Of a stretch of DNA of 64,000 nucleotides, positions 35,261 to 46,111 are shown one piece after another. The stretch is from positions 2,105 through 66,104 of the forward strand of contig MGUD01000016.1 of assembly GCA_001799795.1 (NCBI GenBank). The letters are read 5' to 3'. Under the pieces are notes generated by a model, which ran no database searches, was not told the origin of the DNA, and saw only the letters and a program-made list of their open reading frames with translations. Position numbers and translations under genes: made by a program. The DNA comes from Elusimicrobia bacterium GWC2_61_19 (GTDB taxonomy: Bacteria > Elusimicrobiota > Elusimicrobia > Elusimicrobiales > UBA9959). Every line of letters begins with the position of its first letter. Within the stretch, counting starts at the first letter, position 1.

Positions 35261-36913
35261 TTATTTAAGCATCGGGATCTTTACGCCCTTCTTCTTGGCG
35301 AAATCCGAAGCGATCTTGTAGCCGGCGTCGGCGTGGCGCAGCACGCCCATGGCCGGGTCGTTGGTAAGCACGCGTTCCAGGCGCAGGGCCATCTCTTTGG
35401 TGCCGTCGGCCACGGTCACCTGCCCCGCGTGCAGGGAATAGCCCATCCCCACCCCGCCGCCGTGGTGGAAGGACACCCAGCTGGCGCCGGAAGCCGTGTT
35501 GATAAGGGCGTTGAGTATGGGCCAGTCGGCTATGGCGTCGGACCCGTCCTTCATAGCTTCGGTCTCGCGGAAGGGGCTGGCGACTGAGCCGGAATCCAGA
35601 TGGTCGCGGCCTATCACGACAGGCGCCGAGATCTTACCCTTCTTCACCAGGTCGTTGATGCGCATGCCCATGAGATGCCGCTCGCCGTAGCCCAGCCAGC
35701 AGATGCGCGAAGGCAGACCCTGGAACTTCACCTTTTTAGTGGCCATGTCCATCCAGCGCCGCAAATGCTCGTCTTTGGGGAACAGGTCGAGCACCAGCTT
35801 GTCGGTAACGGCTATATCTTTAGGGTCGCCTGAAAGCGCGGCCCAGCGAAACGGGCCCTTGCCTTCGCAGAACAGGTCCCTTATATAGGCCGGCACGAAA
35901 CCGGGAAAGTCGTACGCGCGTTTTACTCCCTGCTTAAAGGCCATCGTGCGGATATTGTTGCCGTAGTCGAAAGTGACGGCGCCGGCTTTCTGCAGTTTGA
36001 GCATGGCTTCCACGTGTATGGCGATGGATTCCATGGAAAGTTTCAGGTATTTCTGCGGGTCCCGGCGGCGCAGCTCGTTGGCTTCTTTTACGCTGTAGCC
36101 CTTTGGTATATAGCCCTTCAGCGGGTCATGCGCCGAGGTCTGGTCGGTCAGTACGTCTATCTTCACGCCGCGGCGGAACATCTCCGGCAGCACTTCGGCG
36201 CAGTTGCCCAGCAGGCCGATGGAGAGCGGCCGCTTCGCCTTCATGGCGTCATCCGCCAGGCGCAGCGCTTCGTCCAGGCTGCGGCTCATGACGTCGACGT
36301 AGGCCGTAGCCAGGCGCTTCTGGATGCGGGTCTCGTCGGCCTCTATAACTATGGCCACGCCGCCGTTCATGGTGACGGCCAGGGGCTGGGCGCCGCCCAT
36401 GCCGCCCAGGCCGCCGGTAACGGTGAGCTTGCCGGCCAGGTCGCTCTTGAAATGTTTGCGGGCGCAGGCGGCGAAGGTCTCGTAAGTGCCCTGCAGGATG
36501 CCCTGCGTGCCGATATAGATCCAGGAGCCGGCCGTCATCTGGCCGTACATCATCAGGCCTTTTTTCTCGAGCTCGTCGAAGGTCTCCCAGTTGGCCCAGT
36601 TGCCCACCAGGTTGGAGTTGGCGATGATGACGCGGGGGCTGTATTGGTGGGTGCGCAGGACGCCGACGGGCTTGCCGGACTGCACCAGCAGGGTTTCGTC
36701 GTTCTCCAGTTTGCGCAGCGTCGAGACTATCGCGTGATAGCAGTCCCAGTTGCGGGCGGCCTTGCCGCGCCCGCCGTAGACTATCAGGTCCTCAGGGCGC
36801 TCGGCCACCTCCGGGTCCAGATTGTTCATCAGCATGCGCAGGGCCGCTTCCTGCTGCCAGCCCTTGCATGAAATTTTATTGCCGCGCGGAGCGCGTATTA
36901 TATTGGAACTCAT
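35261..36913 (-). CDS. hutU: Urocanate hydratase
   Basis: 550 aa. [16 protein letters not shown] and [10 protein letters not shown] motifs. GGAGGA upstream. Confidence 0.95.
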   Translation of the reverse strand: MSSNIIRAPRGNKISCKGWQQEAALRMLMNNLDPEVAERPEDLIVYGGRGKAARNWDCYHAIVSTLRKLENDETLLVQSGKPVGVLRTHQYSPRVIIANSNLVGNWANWETFDELEKKGLMMYGQMTAGSWIYIGTQGILQGTYETFAACARKHFKSDLAGKLTVTGGLGGMGGAQPLAVTMNGGVAIVIEADETRIQKRLATAYVDVMSRSLDEALRLADDAMKAKRPLSIGLLGNCAEVLPEMFRRGVKIDVLTDQTSAHDPLKGYIPKGYSVKEANELRRRDPQKYLKLSMESIAIHVEAMLKLQKAGAVTFDYGNNIRTMAFKQGVKRAYDFPGFVPAYIRDLFCEGKGPFRWAALSGDPKDIAVTDKLVLDLFPKDEHLRRWMDMATKKVKFQGLPSRICWLGYGERHLMGMRINDLVKKGKISAPVVIGRDHLDSGSVASPFRETEAMKDGSDAIADWPILNALINTASGASWVSFHHGGGVGMGYSLHAGQVTVADGTKEMALRLERVLTNDPAMGVLRHADAGYKIASDFAKKKGVKIPMLK

Positions 36914-36930
36914 ACCACGTCCTCCATGAT

Positions 36931-38457
36931 CTATTTGACGAAATAGCCGCCCAATATCGCTTCGGCCACGGCCTCGATGCGGCCGGAGAAGACCTCGTCG
37001 CCCTTGAAGGCGGGCGAGATCTTGCGGAGGTCCGCCAGGGCCTCCTCGATGCGGGGCCCGGACCGCAGCGGGCGGTGGAATTCCACGCCCTCGGCCGCGG
37101 CCATCAGCTCTATGGCGTAGATGCGCGCCACGTTGTGCACCACCGTGCTGAGCTTCAGCGCCGCGGTCATACCCATGCTCACAAAATCCTCCTTATTGGC
37201 GGAGGTGGGGATGGAGTCGGCGCTGGCGGGATGGCTTAATATCTTATTCTCGTTGCAGAGCGCGGCGGCCGTCACATGCGCGATCATGAAGCCGGACTCC
37301 AGGCCCGGGTTGCGGGCCAGGAAAGGCGGCAGTATCTCGAAGTCGCTCACCAGCTGGGCGATGCGGCGCTCGGAAATATTCCCCAGGGCCGTCAGGGCGA
37401 TGGCGGCGAAATCCGCCGCGAAAGCCAGGGCCTGGCCGTGAAAGTTGCCTCCGGAGATCACTTCTATCTCCCCGCGCTTTTTGCCGGCGACCACCAGCGG
37501 GTTGTCCGTAACGCTGCCGAGTTCGGTCTCAAAAACGTTCAGCGCGTACTCGATAGCGTCGCGCGCGGCGCCCATGGCCTGGGGCATGCAGCGCAGCGAA
37601 TAGGGGTCCTGCACGCGTTTGTCGTTGGCGGTGTGGGAGGCGCGGATCTTGCTGCCCTTCAGCATGGCCGCCAGCATTTCGGCCACTTCCAACTGGCCCG
37701 GGTGCGGTTTAAGCTCGTGGATGCGCATATCGAAGGCGGTCGGCGTGCCCTTCAGCGCCTCCAGGCTCATCGCCCCGGTGAGGACGGCGGAATAAAAAAG
37801 GTTCATGGCTTCGAACAGCGCCAGCCCGCCGACGGACTTCATGGCCTGCGTGCCGTTTATGAGCGCCAGGCCTTCTTTTTCGGCCAGCTCTATGGGCTTG
37901 AGGCCGGCCTTCTTGAGGACCGCGGCGGACGGCTGCCACTTCTCCTCGCCGGCGAATTTCGCCATGCCCTCGCCGATCAGCGTCAGCGCCATGTGGGCGG
38001 AAGGCGCCAGGTCGCCGCTGGCCCCGACGGAGCCTTTTGAGGGAATGAAAGGGATAACACCCTTGTTTATAAGGGCGGAAAGAGTTTTAACCACTACAGG
38101 GCGCACGCCGGAGTTGCCCATGGCCAGTTCGTTGGCACGGGCGAACATAAGCCCGAGGGTCTCCGCGTCGTCGAGCGGCTCGCCCACGCCGCAGGCGTGG
38201 CTGCGGATCAGGTTCACCTGCAGGCTTTTGAGACTTTCCCGCGAAACACGCTGGCTGGCCAGTTCGCCGAAGCCGGTGTTTATGCCGTACATCACGCGGT
38301 CCTCGGCGAGCAGGGCCTCCAGGCTGGCGCGGCGCGCGGCTATGAGCTTAAGCGCTTTGGGCGGCAGCACGGTCTTGCGGTAGCCCAGGGCCACCTCGGC
38401 GAAATCCACGATATCGGGGTACGAACCCAGGGTGAAAGGTTTACAGGCTTTAGTCAT
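36931..38457 (-). CDS. hutH: Histidine ammonia-lyase
   Basis: 508 aa. MIO-forming [14 protein letters not shown] motif. Confidence 0.95.
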   Translation of the reverse strand: MTKACKPFTLGSYPDIVDFAEVALGYRKTVLPPKALKLIAARRASLEALLAEDRVMYGINTGFGELASQRVSRESLKSLQVNLIRSHACGVGEPLDDAETLGLMFARANELAMGNSGVRPVVVKTLSALINKGVIPFIPSKGSVGASGDLAPSAHMALTLIGEGMAKFAGEEKWQPSAAVLKKAGLKPIELAEKEGLALINGTQAMKSVGGLALFEAMNLFYSAVLTGAMSLEALKGTPTAFDMRIHELKPHPGQLEVAEMLAAMLKGSKIRASHTANDKRVQDPYSLRCMPQAMGAARDAIEYALNVFETELGSVTDNPLVVAGKKRGEIEVISGGNFHGQALAFAADFAAIALTALGNISERRIAQLVSDFEILPPFLARNPGLESGFMIAHVTAAALCNENKILSHPASADSIPTSANKEDFVSMGMTAALKLSTVVHNVARIYAIELMAAAEGVEFHRPLRSGPRIEEALADLRKISPAFKGDEVFSGRIEAVAEAILGGYFVK

Positions 38458-39044
38458 GATGTTTTTCCTCCGCTTTTTTGCACCAGGTCCGCCACCGTTA
38501 CAGCTCCGGCCGACTTAAAGGCGCTTATGAAATGCTCGAATATTTTCCGGGTCATCTCCACGTCGCTCAAAGCCCGGTGCCAGCCGCCGTTGGAGATGTT
38601 AAGTTCCGCCGCTATCTTCCCCAGGCGGTTGCTCTGGAATTTCCAGTTCTTCCTGGCTATGGCCAGGGTATCCACCACGTGCAGCTTCGGGAATTTAAGC
38701 CCGACCCTTTCCAGTTCCGCCGAGAGAAAAGCGATATCGAACTCCGCGTTGTGCGCGACTATCACCGAATTTTCCAGCAGGGCCAGCAGCCGCGGGGCCA
38801 CGGCCGCGAAAGACGGGCTGTCTTTCACCATCTCGTCCGTGATGCCGTGGATCTTCGACACTTCGGCCGGGATGGGCGCGCCGGGGTTCACCAGCTCGGC
38901 CAGTTCGGCCACCCTGTCGCTTCCGCGGAAGCTTATGGCCGCCACCTCGCAGACGCGGGCGGCCCTGGGGGACAGCCCCGTGGTCTCCACGTCGATGAAC
39001 GTGAAGACCGCTTCCTCTATTTTCAAACTCGCCGTAGCTTGCAT
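38454..39044 (-). CDS. DnaQ-like DEDDh 3'-5' exonuclease (Pol III epsilon family, stand-alone)
   Basis: 196 aa. ExoI FIDVETTGL, ExoII VAHNAEFDIAFL and ExoIII HRALSDVE motifs. The stop overlaps the hutH start (ATGA). Confidence 0.8.
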   Translation of the reverse strand: MQATASLKIEEAVFTFIDVETTGLSPRAARVCEVAAISFRGSDRVAELAELVNPGAPIPAEVSKIHGITDEMVKDSPSFAAVAPRLLALLENSVIVAHNAEFDIAFLSAELERVGLKFPKLHVVDTLAIARKNWKFQSNRLGKIAAELNISNGGWHRALSDVEMTRKIFEHFISAFKSAGAVTVADLVQKSGGKTS

Positions 39045-39066
39045 GTTGCCTTAAGTGCTTCGGCGC

Positions 39067-39780
39067 TTACAGCGCCCCGTAATAAATATATCTGGTCCAC
39101 AGCCCCAGCGCCACGGTCAGGCCCACGCTCAACCCCACGTTGAGCCGGGACAGGTCTATGATCCGCTTCTTCCTCACGTACATGATCTGGACCACCCAGG
39201 CCAGCGCGAAAGGCACCCACCAATAGCCCCCGACGAAGAAGAAAGCCCACAGCACCACCCGCTCGAAAATAAGGAAGTATTTCTCGTCGAAATGCGGGAA
39301 CCCCTTGCCGAAGAGATCCTTTTCCACGAAGTAGACCAGCACCGTGGTGAAGTGAGTGACCAGCACCAGCATGCAGGCGATGCCTATCCATTTTTCCGCC
39401 AGCAGGAAATTATGGTCGGGGATCACCACCGGGGAGATCATGAACAGCACGTAGAAATGCAGGAATTGGTCGGCCAGGAAGCTGACCGTGCCGTCGCGGA
39501 ACCCCATCGTGTTCATACTGTAGACGCGCAGTTCGTCCACCACGAAATGCAGCGCCAGTATTATCCCCAGCGCCCACCAGCCGGTGATCGCGGCCGGGCC
39601 TATCTTTACCCAGGTACGGCCCAGGTAGGGCCAGGCAAGCGCCATGGCGACGACGAAATGCGTCAGGCAGTGCAGCAGCATCCCCCACACGTGTTTGCGC
39701 TTCAGGCGGTTGACCACGTCGAACTGCAGCGTAAAGTCCGCCAGCAGGTGCGAGAGAAGAAGTCTCCAGAATATTATCAT
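39067..39780 (-). CDS. DUF3307-like integral membrane protein
   Basis: 237 aa, polytopic. N-terminal SHLLADFTLQ motif is characteristic of DUF3307 as I recall it. Confidence 0.55.
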   Translation of the reverse strand: MIIFWRLLLSHLLADFTLQFDVVNRLKRKHVWGMLLHCLTHFVVAMALAWPYLGRTWVKIGPAAITGWWALGIILALHFVVDELRVYSMNTMGFRDGTVSFLADQFLHFYVLFMISPVVIPDHNFLLAEKWIGIACMLVLVTHFTTVLVYFVEKDLFGKGFPHFDEKYFLIFERVVLWAFFFVGGYWWVPFALAWVVQIMYVRKKRIIDLSRLNVGLSVGLTVALGLWTRYIYYGAL

Positions 39781-39789
39781 CGCGGTCCT

Positions 39790-41943
39790 CTACTTTGACG
39801 TCAGGTTGAACGAGCCGTCCCAGTCCTTGGGCACTTCTTTTTCGTACTTCTCGGCCAGTTCCAGGTAGAACTGCGAGGGGCCGTCGGCGGGGCGCGCCTT
39901 CAGCGCCGCTTTGAACAGCTTGGCGGCGTCGGCGTATTTTCCGGCGTAGAACTTTTCCGTGCCCTCTCCGTAGGACTTAAGCATAGCCGCTATTTCCGGC
40001 CCGGCGGCACCCTTGCGCGCGAAGGGCTCGTAAACCTTGACGGGGATGGCCTTGCCTACCACCCGGATGCTGCCCAGGAAGCGGTGATCGAAGAGCTCCT
40101 TCGAGTCCTCGAAAGTCTCCCCGCTGGCCATGATCTGGGAGTGGAAGAATTTATTGGCGCCTTCCAGGCGGGAAGCCAGGTTCACGGCGTCCCCCATGAC
40201 GGTATAGGAAAGTCTGGTCTTGGAACCCATGTTGCCCACTACCATCGGGCCGGAATTCAGGCCGACGCGGCACGAGGGCTTTATGGCGTACTGCGTGAGC
40301 TGCTTGTTCAGACGGGCCATCTCGGCCTGGCAGTCCACGGCGGCCAGGCAGGCCAGCCTGCGGTGGTCTTTCTGGTCCAGCGGGGCGTTCCAGAAGGCCA
40401 TGATGCAGTCGCCTATGTATTTATCGACCACGCCGTCGTGCTTCAAGATGATGTCGGTAAGGCCCGACAGGTACTCGTTGAGCATCGAGGTCAGCTCTTC
40501 GGGCGTCATCTTTTCCGACATGGTGGTAAAGCCCGCTATGTCCAGGAAGAAAGCCGTCATTTCGCGCTTCTCGCCGCCCAGCGACAGCCTGGACGGGTCC
40601 TTGGTGATGAGTTCCACCACCTTGGGCGACAGGTACTGCCCGAAGGTGTTCTTGATCCACTTCTTCTCCCGGCCCTCGAGGACCGCCTTATGGACCGTCA
40701 CGAAAATAAAGGGGACCATCAAAGAAAAAAGCAGACTCAGATACGGCATGGCGGTAAGCTGTGTCATGGCGTAAACGCTTAACGCCATCAGCGCTGCCAT
40801 TACCGACACTGAGGTTATGGATATGACTTTTATGGAATACCGCGAGAGGACCACAGGCAGCCATACCAGCAGAACGGCCAGCAGAACTATGATCCAGGTC
40901 GCTACCGGGTGCAGAAAATCGCCGTGGAGCATATTGTCGATGGCGTTCGCGTGAACTTCGACCCCGGGCCAGGACGCGTAGAACGGAGAAGGGTAGTGGT
41001 CATAGGCCCCCAACGCGGTAGACCCGACCAGGGCAATACCCCCCTTAATGACCTTGCGCTCCTCAGGAGACAGTTTGCCTTCCATGATATCCAGGACGGA
41101 GATATGACGGTAAACGGAATTATTCTTCTTCGCGGGCGGCGCCGTCCAGCCGGGGTGGTAGACCCTGTCCTGGGGAATACGGAAATTAAGGTAATGCGGC
41201 GCGGTGCGGTATTCGTTTTCCAGGTCGGCCAGGGGCCTGCCGCTGTAACCGGAATAGACGGCCATGGCCAGCAGAGGCAAGCCGACCCCGGCGCAGTCTT
41301 TGCCGCACTTGGTCTTGAGGGACAGATTCTTATAAAGGATGGAGTCGCTGAACAGACTCAACCGGCGGACTTCGCCGTTGGCCTCGATATTGCCCTCCAC
41401 GTGCGGGTGGGAAATATACTTGGCGGCTTCGCCCAAACCGCTTATCGGGTACTGAACCTCGCCCGTTTCGGGATTGACCGCGACAAGGACAGAGACGTTC
41501 GCCGCCCGCCGCACCGCGTCCACCATGATACCGTCGCTGACCTTGTCGTCGCGGTCGGAGTCGAAGATGAGGACGTCCAGCCCTATCGCTTTTACTCCCG
41601 CCTTATTGAGCTTTTCTATCAGGGTAGCGTAATTCTTCCTTTTGAAGGGATAACCGAGCTTCTTGACCGTATGCTCGTCGATAGCCGCCACGAATATACG
41701 GTCATCGGCGTCATGATTGAAATATTTACCGAAGCCCGCTTTAAGGTCCTGCTCGGAGCTTAGCGACACGAGCGCCGGGAGGTTTATCCGGAAATCGGCC
41801 CATTTATTCTCAAGCGTCCGCACCCACCAGCCGGTGGACAGCCAGCCGTCCACAACGAAGCTGAACAATAAGAACCCTGTAAACAACCCGCTGAAAAGAT
41901 AAAGCGCCCCTTTGCCCTGTTTTGCGACATTTTGTTTTTCCAT
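39790..41943 (-). CDS. CHASE2-sensor class III adenylate/guanylate cyclase with TPR-like tail
   Basis: 717 aa. CHASE2-like FPFKRKNYATLIEKLNKAGVKAIGLDVLF. TM block. Cyclase motifs FFLDIAGFTTMSE, KYIGDCIMAFW, GDAVNLASRLE. Confidence 0.85.
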   Translation of the reverse strand: MEKQNVAKQGKGALYLFSGLFTGFLLFSFVVDGWLSTGWWVRTLENKWADFRINLPALVSLSSEQDLKAGFGKYFNHDADDRIFVAAIDEHTVKKLGYPFKRKNYATLIEKLNKAGVKAIGLDVLIFDSDRDDKVSDGIMVDAVRRAANVSVLVAVNPETGEVQYPISGLGEAAKYISHPHVEGNIEANGEVRRLSLFSDSILYKNLSLKTKCGKDCAGVGLPLLAMAVYSGYSGRPLADLENEYRTAPHYLNFRIPQDRVYHPGWTAPPAKKNNSVYRHISVLDIMEGKLSPEERKVIKGGIALVGSTALGAYDHYPSPFYASWPGVEVHANAIDNMLHGDFLHPVATWIIVLLAVLLVWLPVVLSRYSIKVISITSVSVMAALMALSVYAMTQLTAMPYLSLLFSLMVPFIFVTVHKAVLEGREKKWIKNTFGQYLSPKVVELITKDPSRLSLGGEKREMTAFFLDIAGFTTMSEKMTPEELTSMLNEYLSGLTDIILKHDGVVDKYIGDCIMAFWNAPLDQKDHRRLACLAAVDCQAEMARLNKQLTQYAIKPSCRVGLNSGPMVVGNMGSKTRLSYTVMGDAVNLASRLEGANKFFHSQIMASGETFEDSKELFDHRFLGSIRVVGKAIPVKVYEPFARKGAAGPEIAAMLKSYGEGTEKFYAGKYADAAKLFKAALKARPADGPSQFYLELAEKYEKEVPKDWDGSFNLTSK

Positions 41944-41996
41944 ATTTTTCCCTCTGACCCCTGTTATCCGCGCCGGAGCATATTTCCGGTCGGCCC

Positions 41997-44024
41997 TTAT
42001 CGGGCCGGCACTGAGAATTTAAATTCAGAACCGCCGCCTCCCGCCGCCTCTGCCCAGATACGGCCGCCGTGCAGTTCTACTATTTTGCGCGAGATGGCCA
42101 GGCCCAGGCCGAAGCCGCCATCTTCCCCGCCTGCCTTAAGCTGTTTGTACTTCTCGAAGATCGTTTCCAGCTGGTCCACCGGGATGCCAGGACCGGTGTC
42201 GGCGACGGTAAAGAGCAGCCCGCCTTTATCGTCGCTGGCGGAAACCGTAACCTTGCCGCCTTTAGGCGTGAATTTCCAGGCGTTGGAAATAAGGTTCTCC
42301 ATGACCCTGCGCAGCAGGGAGGAATCGGCGGAAAATTCTTTTTTACCCGCCCCGGCGGCATCGATGGAAAGCTCGACGCCCTTTTCCTCAAAAAGGGGCC
42401 GAAAACTTTCGACCGCTGAGGAGAGGAACTCCGCCGCGTTGACCGGTTTGAGGTCGGGCTTGAGCTGGCCGGCCTCCATGCGGGAAATATCCAGGATGTT
42501 CTCCAGCAGCTTGAAGAGCCGGTCGCTGGAGTCTTTCACGTTGCGCACATAACCGGCCTGTTTCGCCCCCGGCTCGAACTCCCTTTCCAGAAGTTTTATG
42601 TAGCCCTGCATGGTAAGCAGCGGGGCCCGCAGATCGTGCGCCACGGAATGGAAGAACTCTTCTTTCATGGCCTGCATCTTTCTTTCCAGGGTGATGTCGC
42701 GCAGCACCATGAACACCGCCGGGTTCTGCGTTCTGGCCGACAGCGTCTGCACGCTGGCCCTGTAATATTTCGTCTCCCCGCTCTGTTCCAGTTCTATCAC
42801 GCCGCTCTTGGACCTGGCCTTTTTCTGCACCAGACCGGCTATGCGCCGGCGCAGCGGCTCGTCCTCGCCGGGAGACGCGCCCACCCCCCCCAGCAGGATC
42901 CTGGCGGCCGCGTTGGCGTAAAGCAGTTCCCCGCGCAGGTCGCACAGGATAATGGCGTCATGGATGAGGCTGACCAGAAGCTCCAGCTTCTGCTTTTCCT
43001 CGAAAACCTTCTCTACCTGTATGCCGTGGTAACGGTCGACTTCGCGCATCATGGAATTAAAAGCGCGCAGCAGGGCAGAAAGCTCCGCGAATTCCGTCTC
43101 TTCGTTCACGGAGGTCTTGAACTCGCCGCCGGAGACCCTTACCGCGCCGGCCATAAGCGCCTCCACCGGCACGGCCAGGCGGCGAGTGAAAAGCAGCGCG
43201 GAAAAATAAAAGGCGGTAGCCACCGCCAGCAGGAAAAAAGCCATCAGCCAGGTTATACGGTTCACGCCGGAAAAGGCTTCGGCGCGGTTCTCCAGCGCCA
43301 CCACGAACAGGTCGAAACCGCGCACCCGCGCCGCCGCGCCGATATAGTCGCCCTTTTTACCGGCTATCTCGAAAGACTGACCGCGTTTGAGGATACCGCG
43401 CACTTCGGCGCCGTCGAATTCCTCGAAGGCCCCCGACAGCGGCAGGGCGTTGCCTTCGGCGTCGGAGAGCAGCAGGCCGCCGGTGGCCCCCAGCCGCTGG
43501 GAGCGCAGCTTCTCGAACAGGTCGCGCATGTTCACCACGGCAAAAGCGTAATAGCCCCCGCCGATAGGGTACACCAGACGGCAGAGCGGCATATCATAGA
43601 CCATCTCGAAGTGGCCCAGCGCGGCGCGCCCGTCTTTAGCGGCCTTCCGGAAAAGGGTGTCCCCGCTCAGGTCCAGGTAGCCCAGGTAGCGCTTGATCTC
43701 GGGCGTCCCGCCGCTGAGCGCCGCGCGGCCGTCGGGCCCGGTGAAAGCCAGGTAAAGGAATTCCGGATTATTCTTGAGCGCGCGCTCCAGTCCCTTAGCG
43801 CTCACATAAGAGGCGTCGGTATCCCACATCCGCTCGAAGCGGCGCGACAGGTCCTGCGCCTCCCGCTCCATCATCAGCGACCCCATCTGGGAGACGTTGC
43901 GCTGGAGGCTCGCGATGTCGTCCTTGGCGCGCGCCTGGAAATAGAACAAAAACAGGCCTGCCGGGACTATCGGGATAAGCCCGGCCCCGAACACGATCAT
44001 CAGCAGTCTGTTCAGTAATGTCAT
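41997..44024 (-). CDS. Sensor histidine kinase (periplasmic sensor, HAMP, PAS, HisKA, HATPase)
   Basis: 675 aa. H-box FFHSVAHDLRAPL. ATPase motifs DTGPGIP and GGFGLGLAI. Confidence 0.85.
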   Translation of the reverse strand: MTLLNRLLMIVFGAGLIPIVPAGLFLFYFQARAKDDIASLQRNVSQMGSLMMEREAQDLSRRFERMWDTDASYVSAKGLERALKNNPEFLYLAFTGPDGRAALSGGTPEIKRYLGYLDLSGDTLFRKAAKDGRAALGHFEMVYDMPLCRLVYPIGGGYYAFAVVNMRDLFEKLRSQRLGATGGLLLSDAEGNALPLSGAFEEFDGAEVRGILKRGQSFEIAGKKGDYIGAAARVRGFDLFVVALENRAEAFSGVNRITWLMAFFLLAVATAFYFSALLFTRRLAVPVEALMAGAVRVSGGEFKTSVNEETEFAELSALLRAFNSMMREVDRYHGIQVEKVFEEKQKLELLVSLIHDAIILCDLRGELLYANAAARILLGGVGASPGEDEPLRRRIAGLVQKKARSKSGVIELEQSGETKYYRASVQTLSARTQNPAVFMVLRDITLERKMQAMKEEFFHSVAHDLRAPLLTMQGYIKLLEREFEPGAKQAGYVRNVKDSSDRLFKLLENILDISRMEAGQLKPDLKPVNAAEFLSSAVESFRPLFEEKGVELSIDAAGAGKKEFSADSSLLRRVMENLISNAWKFTPKGGKVTVSASDDKGGLLFTVADTGPGIPVDQLETIFEKYKQLKAGGEDGGFGLGLAISRKIVELHGGRIWAEAAGGGGSEFKFSVPAR

Positions 44025-44066
44025 TAATTCCGCGGGCAGCGGGCGCAGCGCCCCGCCGCCGGAAGC

Positions 44067-45266
44067 CTATTTCTGTTTCTTAAGCGTTTCTATCAGCTTG
44101 GGCACGATCTCGTGCGCGTCCCCTACGATGCCGTATTTAGCCACGTTGAAGATGGGCGCGTTGGGGTCCTTATTGACGGCCACTATCACGTCGGAGGCCT
44201 TCATGCCCACGATATGCTGCACCGCGCCCGAAATGCCGAACGAAAGGTAAAGCTTCGGGGACACGGTGGTGCCGCTCTGCCCTACCTGGTGCGCCTTATC
44301 CTTGAACCCCAGGTCCACGGCCGCGCGTGACGCCCCTACGACGCCGCCGAGCAGTTTGGAAAGCTCTTCGAGCTGCTTAAATTTATCCCTGGTCTTCATG
44401 CCGCGCCCGCCGGAGACTATCACCTTGGCGGTCTCGATCTTCACCGCGCCGGCGTCATGGGCGATCTTCCGCTCCAGCACCTTAATGCGGCGCAGGCTCT
44501 TATCGAGCTTGGCCGACTCCCGCACCACCAGCGCGGAGCGTCCGTGCACGGGCTCGCCCATCTTCATCACGTTGGGACGCACGGTGGACATCTGCGGCCT
44601 GGAATTGGGGGCCAGGATGTCGGCCATGATGTTGCCGCCGAAAGCCGGGCGGGACTGGAGCAGCAGGCCGTTCTTTATGGCGAGGGCGGTGCAGTCCGCG
44701 GTGAGGCCCACATAGAGGGTGGACGCCACGCGCGGGGCGAGGTCGCGGCCCTGTATGGTGGCGCCGTAGAGCATGATGGACGGTTTATGGCGGGTCACCA
44801 GGGACACTATCACCGTAGAGAAGATATCCGTGTTGTACTCGAAAAGCTCGTCGTGCTCCACCATGTAGACCTTGTCGGCCCCGTAAGCGCCCAGCTCTTT
44901 CTCGTAATTATGGTTCTTGTCGGCCAGCAGGACCGCGCAAAGGTCTTCGCCCAGCTCGTCGGCAAGGCGCCGGCCCGCCGAGAGCAGTTCGAACGTGACC
45001 TGCTTGATCTTTTTGGTCTGCGTATCCACGCCGTTCTCGGTGAGTTCCACGTAGACCCAGACGCCCTTATGGCCGGAGAGGTCGCGCGCCGAGGCTTCTT
45101 CGCGGGTTATGGCGATGGCCTGCACCGGGCAGATCTGGACGCAGACGCCGCACAGCGTGCAGGCCTCGTTCATCACGGCCTTCTTGTCCATCATGTTTAT
45201 GGCGGCGAAGGGGCAGACCGGCACGCACTTGCCGCAGCCTATACATTTTTTAGAAACCTCTATCAT
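44067..45266 (-). CDS. etfA: Electron-transfer flavoprotein alpha subunit with N-terminal 2x[4Fe-4S] ferredoxin domain
   Basis: 399 aa. CIGCGKCVPVCP and CTLCGVCVQICP at the N-terminus, then an EtfA body (SGGRGM, GISGAVQH). Confidence 0.9.
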   Translation of the reverse strand: MIEVSKKCIGCGKCVPVCPFAAINMMDKKAVMNEACTLCGVCVQICPVQAIAITREEASARDLSGHKGVWVYVELTENGVDTQTKKIKQVTFELLSAGRRLADELGEDLCAVLLADKNHNYEKELGAYGADKVYMVEHDELFEYNTDIFSTVIVSLVTRHKPSIMLYGATIQGRDLAPRVASTLYVGLTADCTALAIKNGLLLQSRPAFGGNIMADILAPNSRPQMSTVRPNVMKMGEPVHGRSALVVRESAKLDKSLRRIKVLERKIAHDAGAVKIETAKVIVSGGRGMKTRDKFKQLEELSKLLGGVVGASRAAVDLGFKDKAHQVGQSGTTVSPKLYLSFGISGAVQHIVGMKASDVIVAVNKDPNAPIFNVAKYGIVGDAHEIVPKLIETLKKQK

Positions 45267-45302
45267 CGTGATCTCCTGTTGCTTAAATTGTCCCGCCGGG
45301 GC

Positions 45303-46094
45303 TTAATCTTCCAGAAAATGTTCGTCCTTCATTATCTGCAGTATCCTGGCCGTCCCCTCGGCGCCGGAGCCGGAGAACATGGCGGCCTTCTCTCTCTGAG
45401 GCGGCGGATAGATCCTGTCCACCTGGGTGGGCGAGCCTTTAAGGCCGAGGTACTGGGGTTCGGCGCCGATGTCGGCGGCGTTCCAGGTATGGAAAGGCTT
45501 CTTGAGCGAGGCGTTGACCGCGAGGAAGGACGGATAGCGGGGCGCGTAATCCTTATGCATGATCATGGTCAGCAGCACCGGAGGGCGGGCCTCCACCACT
45601 TCGTGCCCGCCGTCTATCTGCTTATGCGCTATGATCCGGCGCCCGTCCACTTCCACGCGCTCGCAGAAGGTCACCTGCGGCATGCCCAGCTGCTGGGCCA
45701 CGCCGGGGCCGGTCTGGGCGGTGTCGCCGTCTATGGCCTGCATACCGGCGAATATCATGTCCACCTTGCCGATCTTCTTTATGGCTTTGGCCAGCGCGTA
45801 AGAAGTCGCCCAGGTGTCGGACCCGGCGAAAGCCATGTCCGAAAGGAGGATGCCCTCGTCGGCGCCCAGGGCCATGCCCATCTGCACCACGCTCTTCGCC
45901 TGGGGCGGCCCCATGGAGACCAGCGTCACCTTGAAATCGTGCTTGGCCTTCAGTTCCAGCGCCGTCTGCAGCGCGAAGTGGTCGTAGGGATTGATGATGC
46001 TGGGCACCCCGGCGCGGATAAGGGTGCCGGTCTCCAGGTTTATTTTAACCTCGGTGCTGTCGGGCACCTGCTTTACGCAAACGACGATATTCAT
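45303..46094 (-). CDS. etfB: Electron-transfer flavoprotein beta subunit (bifurcating-type motif)
   Basis: 263 aa. VCVKQVPD start. Contains DGDTAQTGP, the motif reported for the second-FAD site of bifurcating (group 2) Etfs. Confidence 0.9.
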   Translation of the reverse strand: MNIVVCVKQVPDSTEVKINLETGTLIRAGVPSIINPYDHFALQTALELKAKHDFKVTLVSMGPPQAKSVVQMGMALGADEGILLSDMAFAGSDTWATSYALAKAIKKIGKVDMIFAGMQAIDGDTAQTGPGVAQQLGMPQVTFCERVEVDGRRIIAHKQIDGGHEVVEARPPVLLTMIMHKDYAPRYPSFLAVNASLKKPFHTWNAADIGAEPQYLGLKGSPTQVDRIYPPPQREKAAMFSGSGAEGTARILQIMKDEHFLED

Positions 46095-46111
46095 AGGGAA
46101 CTCCTTTAAAC

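Noticed and set aside
39790-41943. Class III cyclases (also 12095-13636) as Pycsar/CBASS-like anti-phage cyclases
   Set aside because: Both carry large membrane sensor modules (CHASE2 or TM+HAMP) typical of signalling cyclases. No cyclic-nucleotide-activated effector (TIR, TM-toxin, nuclease, patatin) is adjacent.
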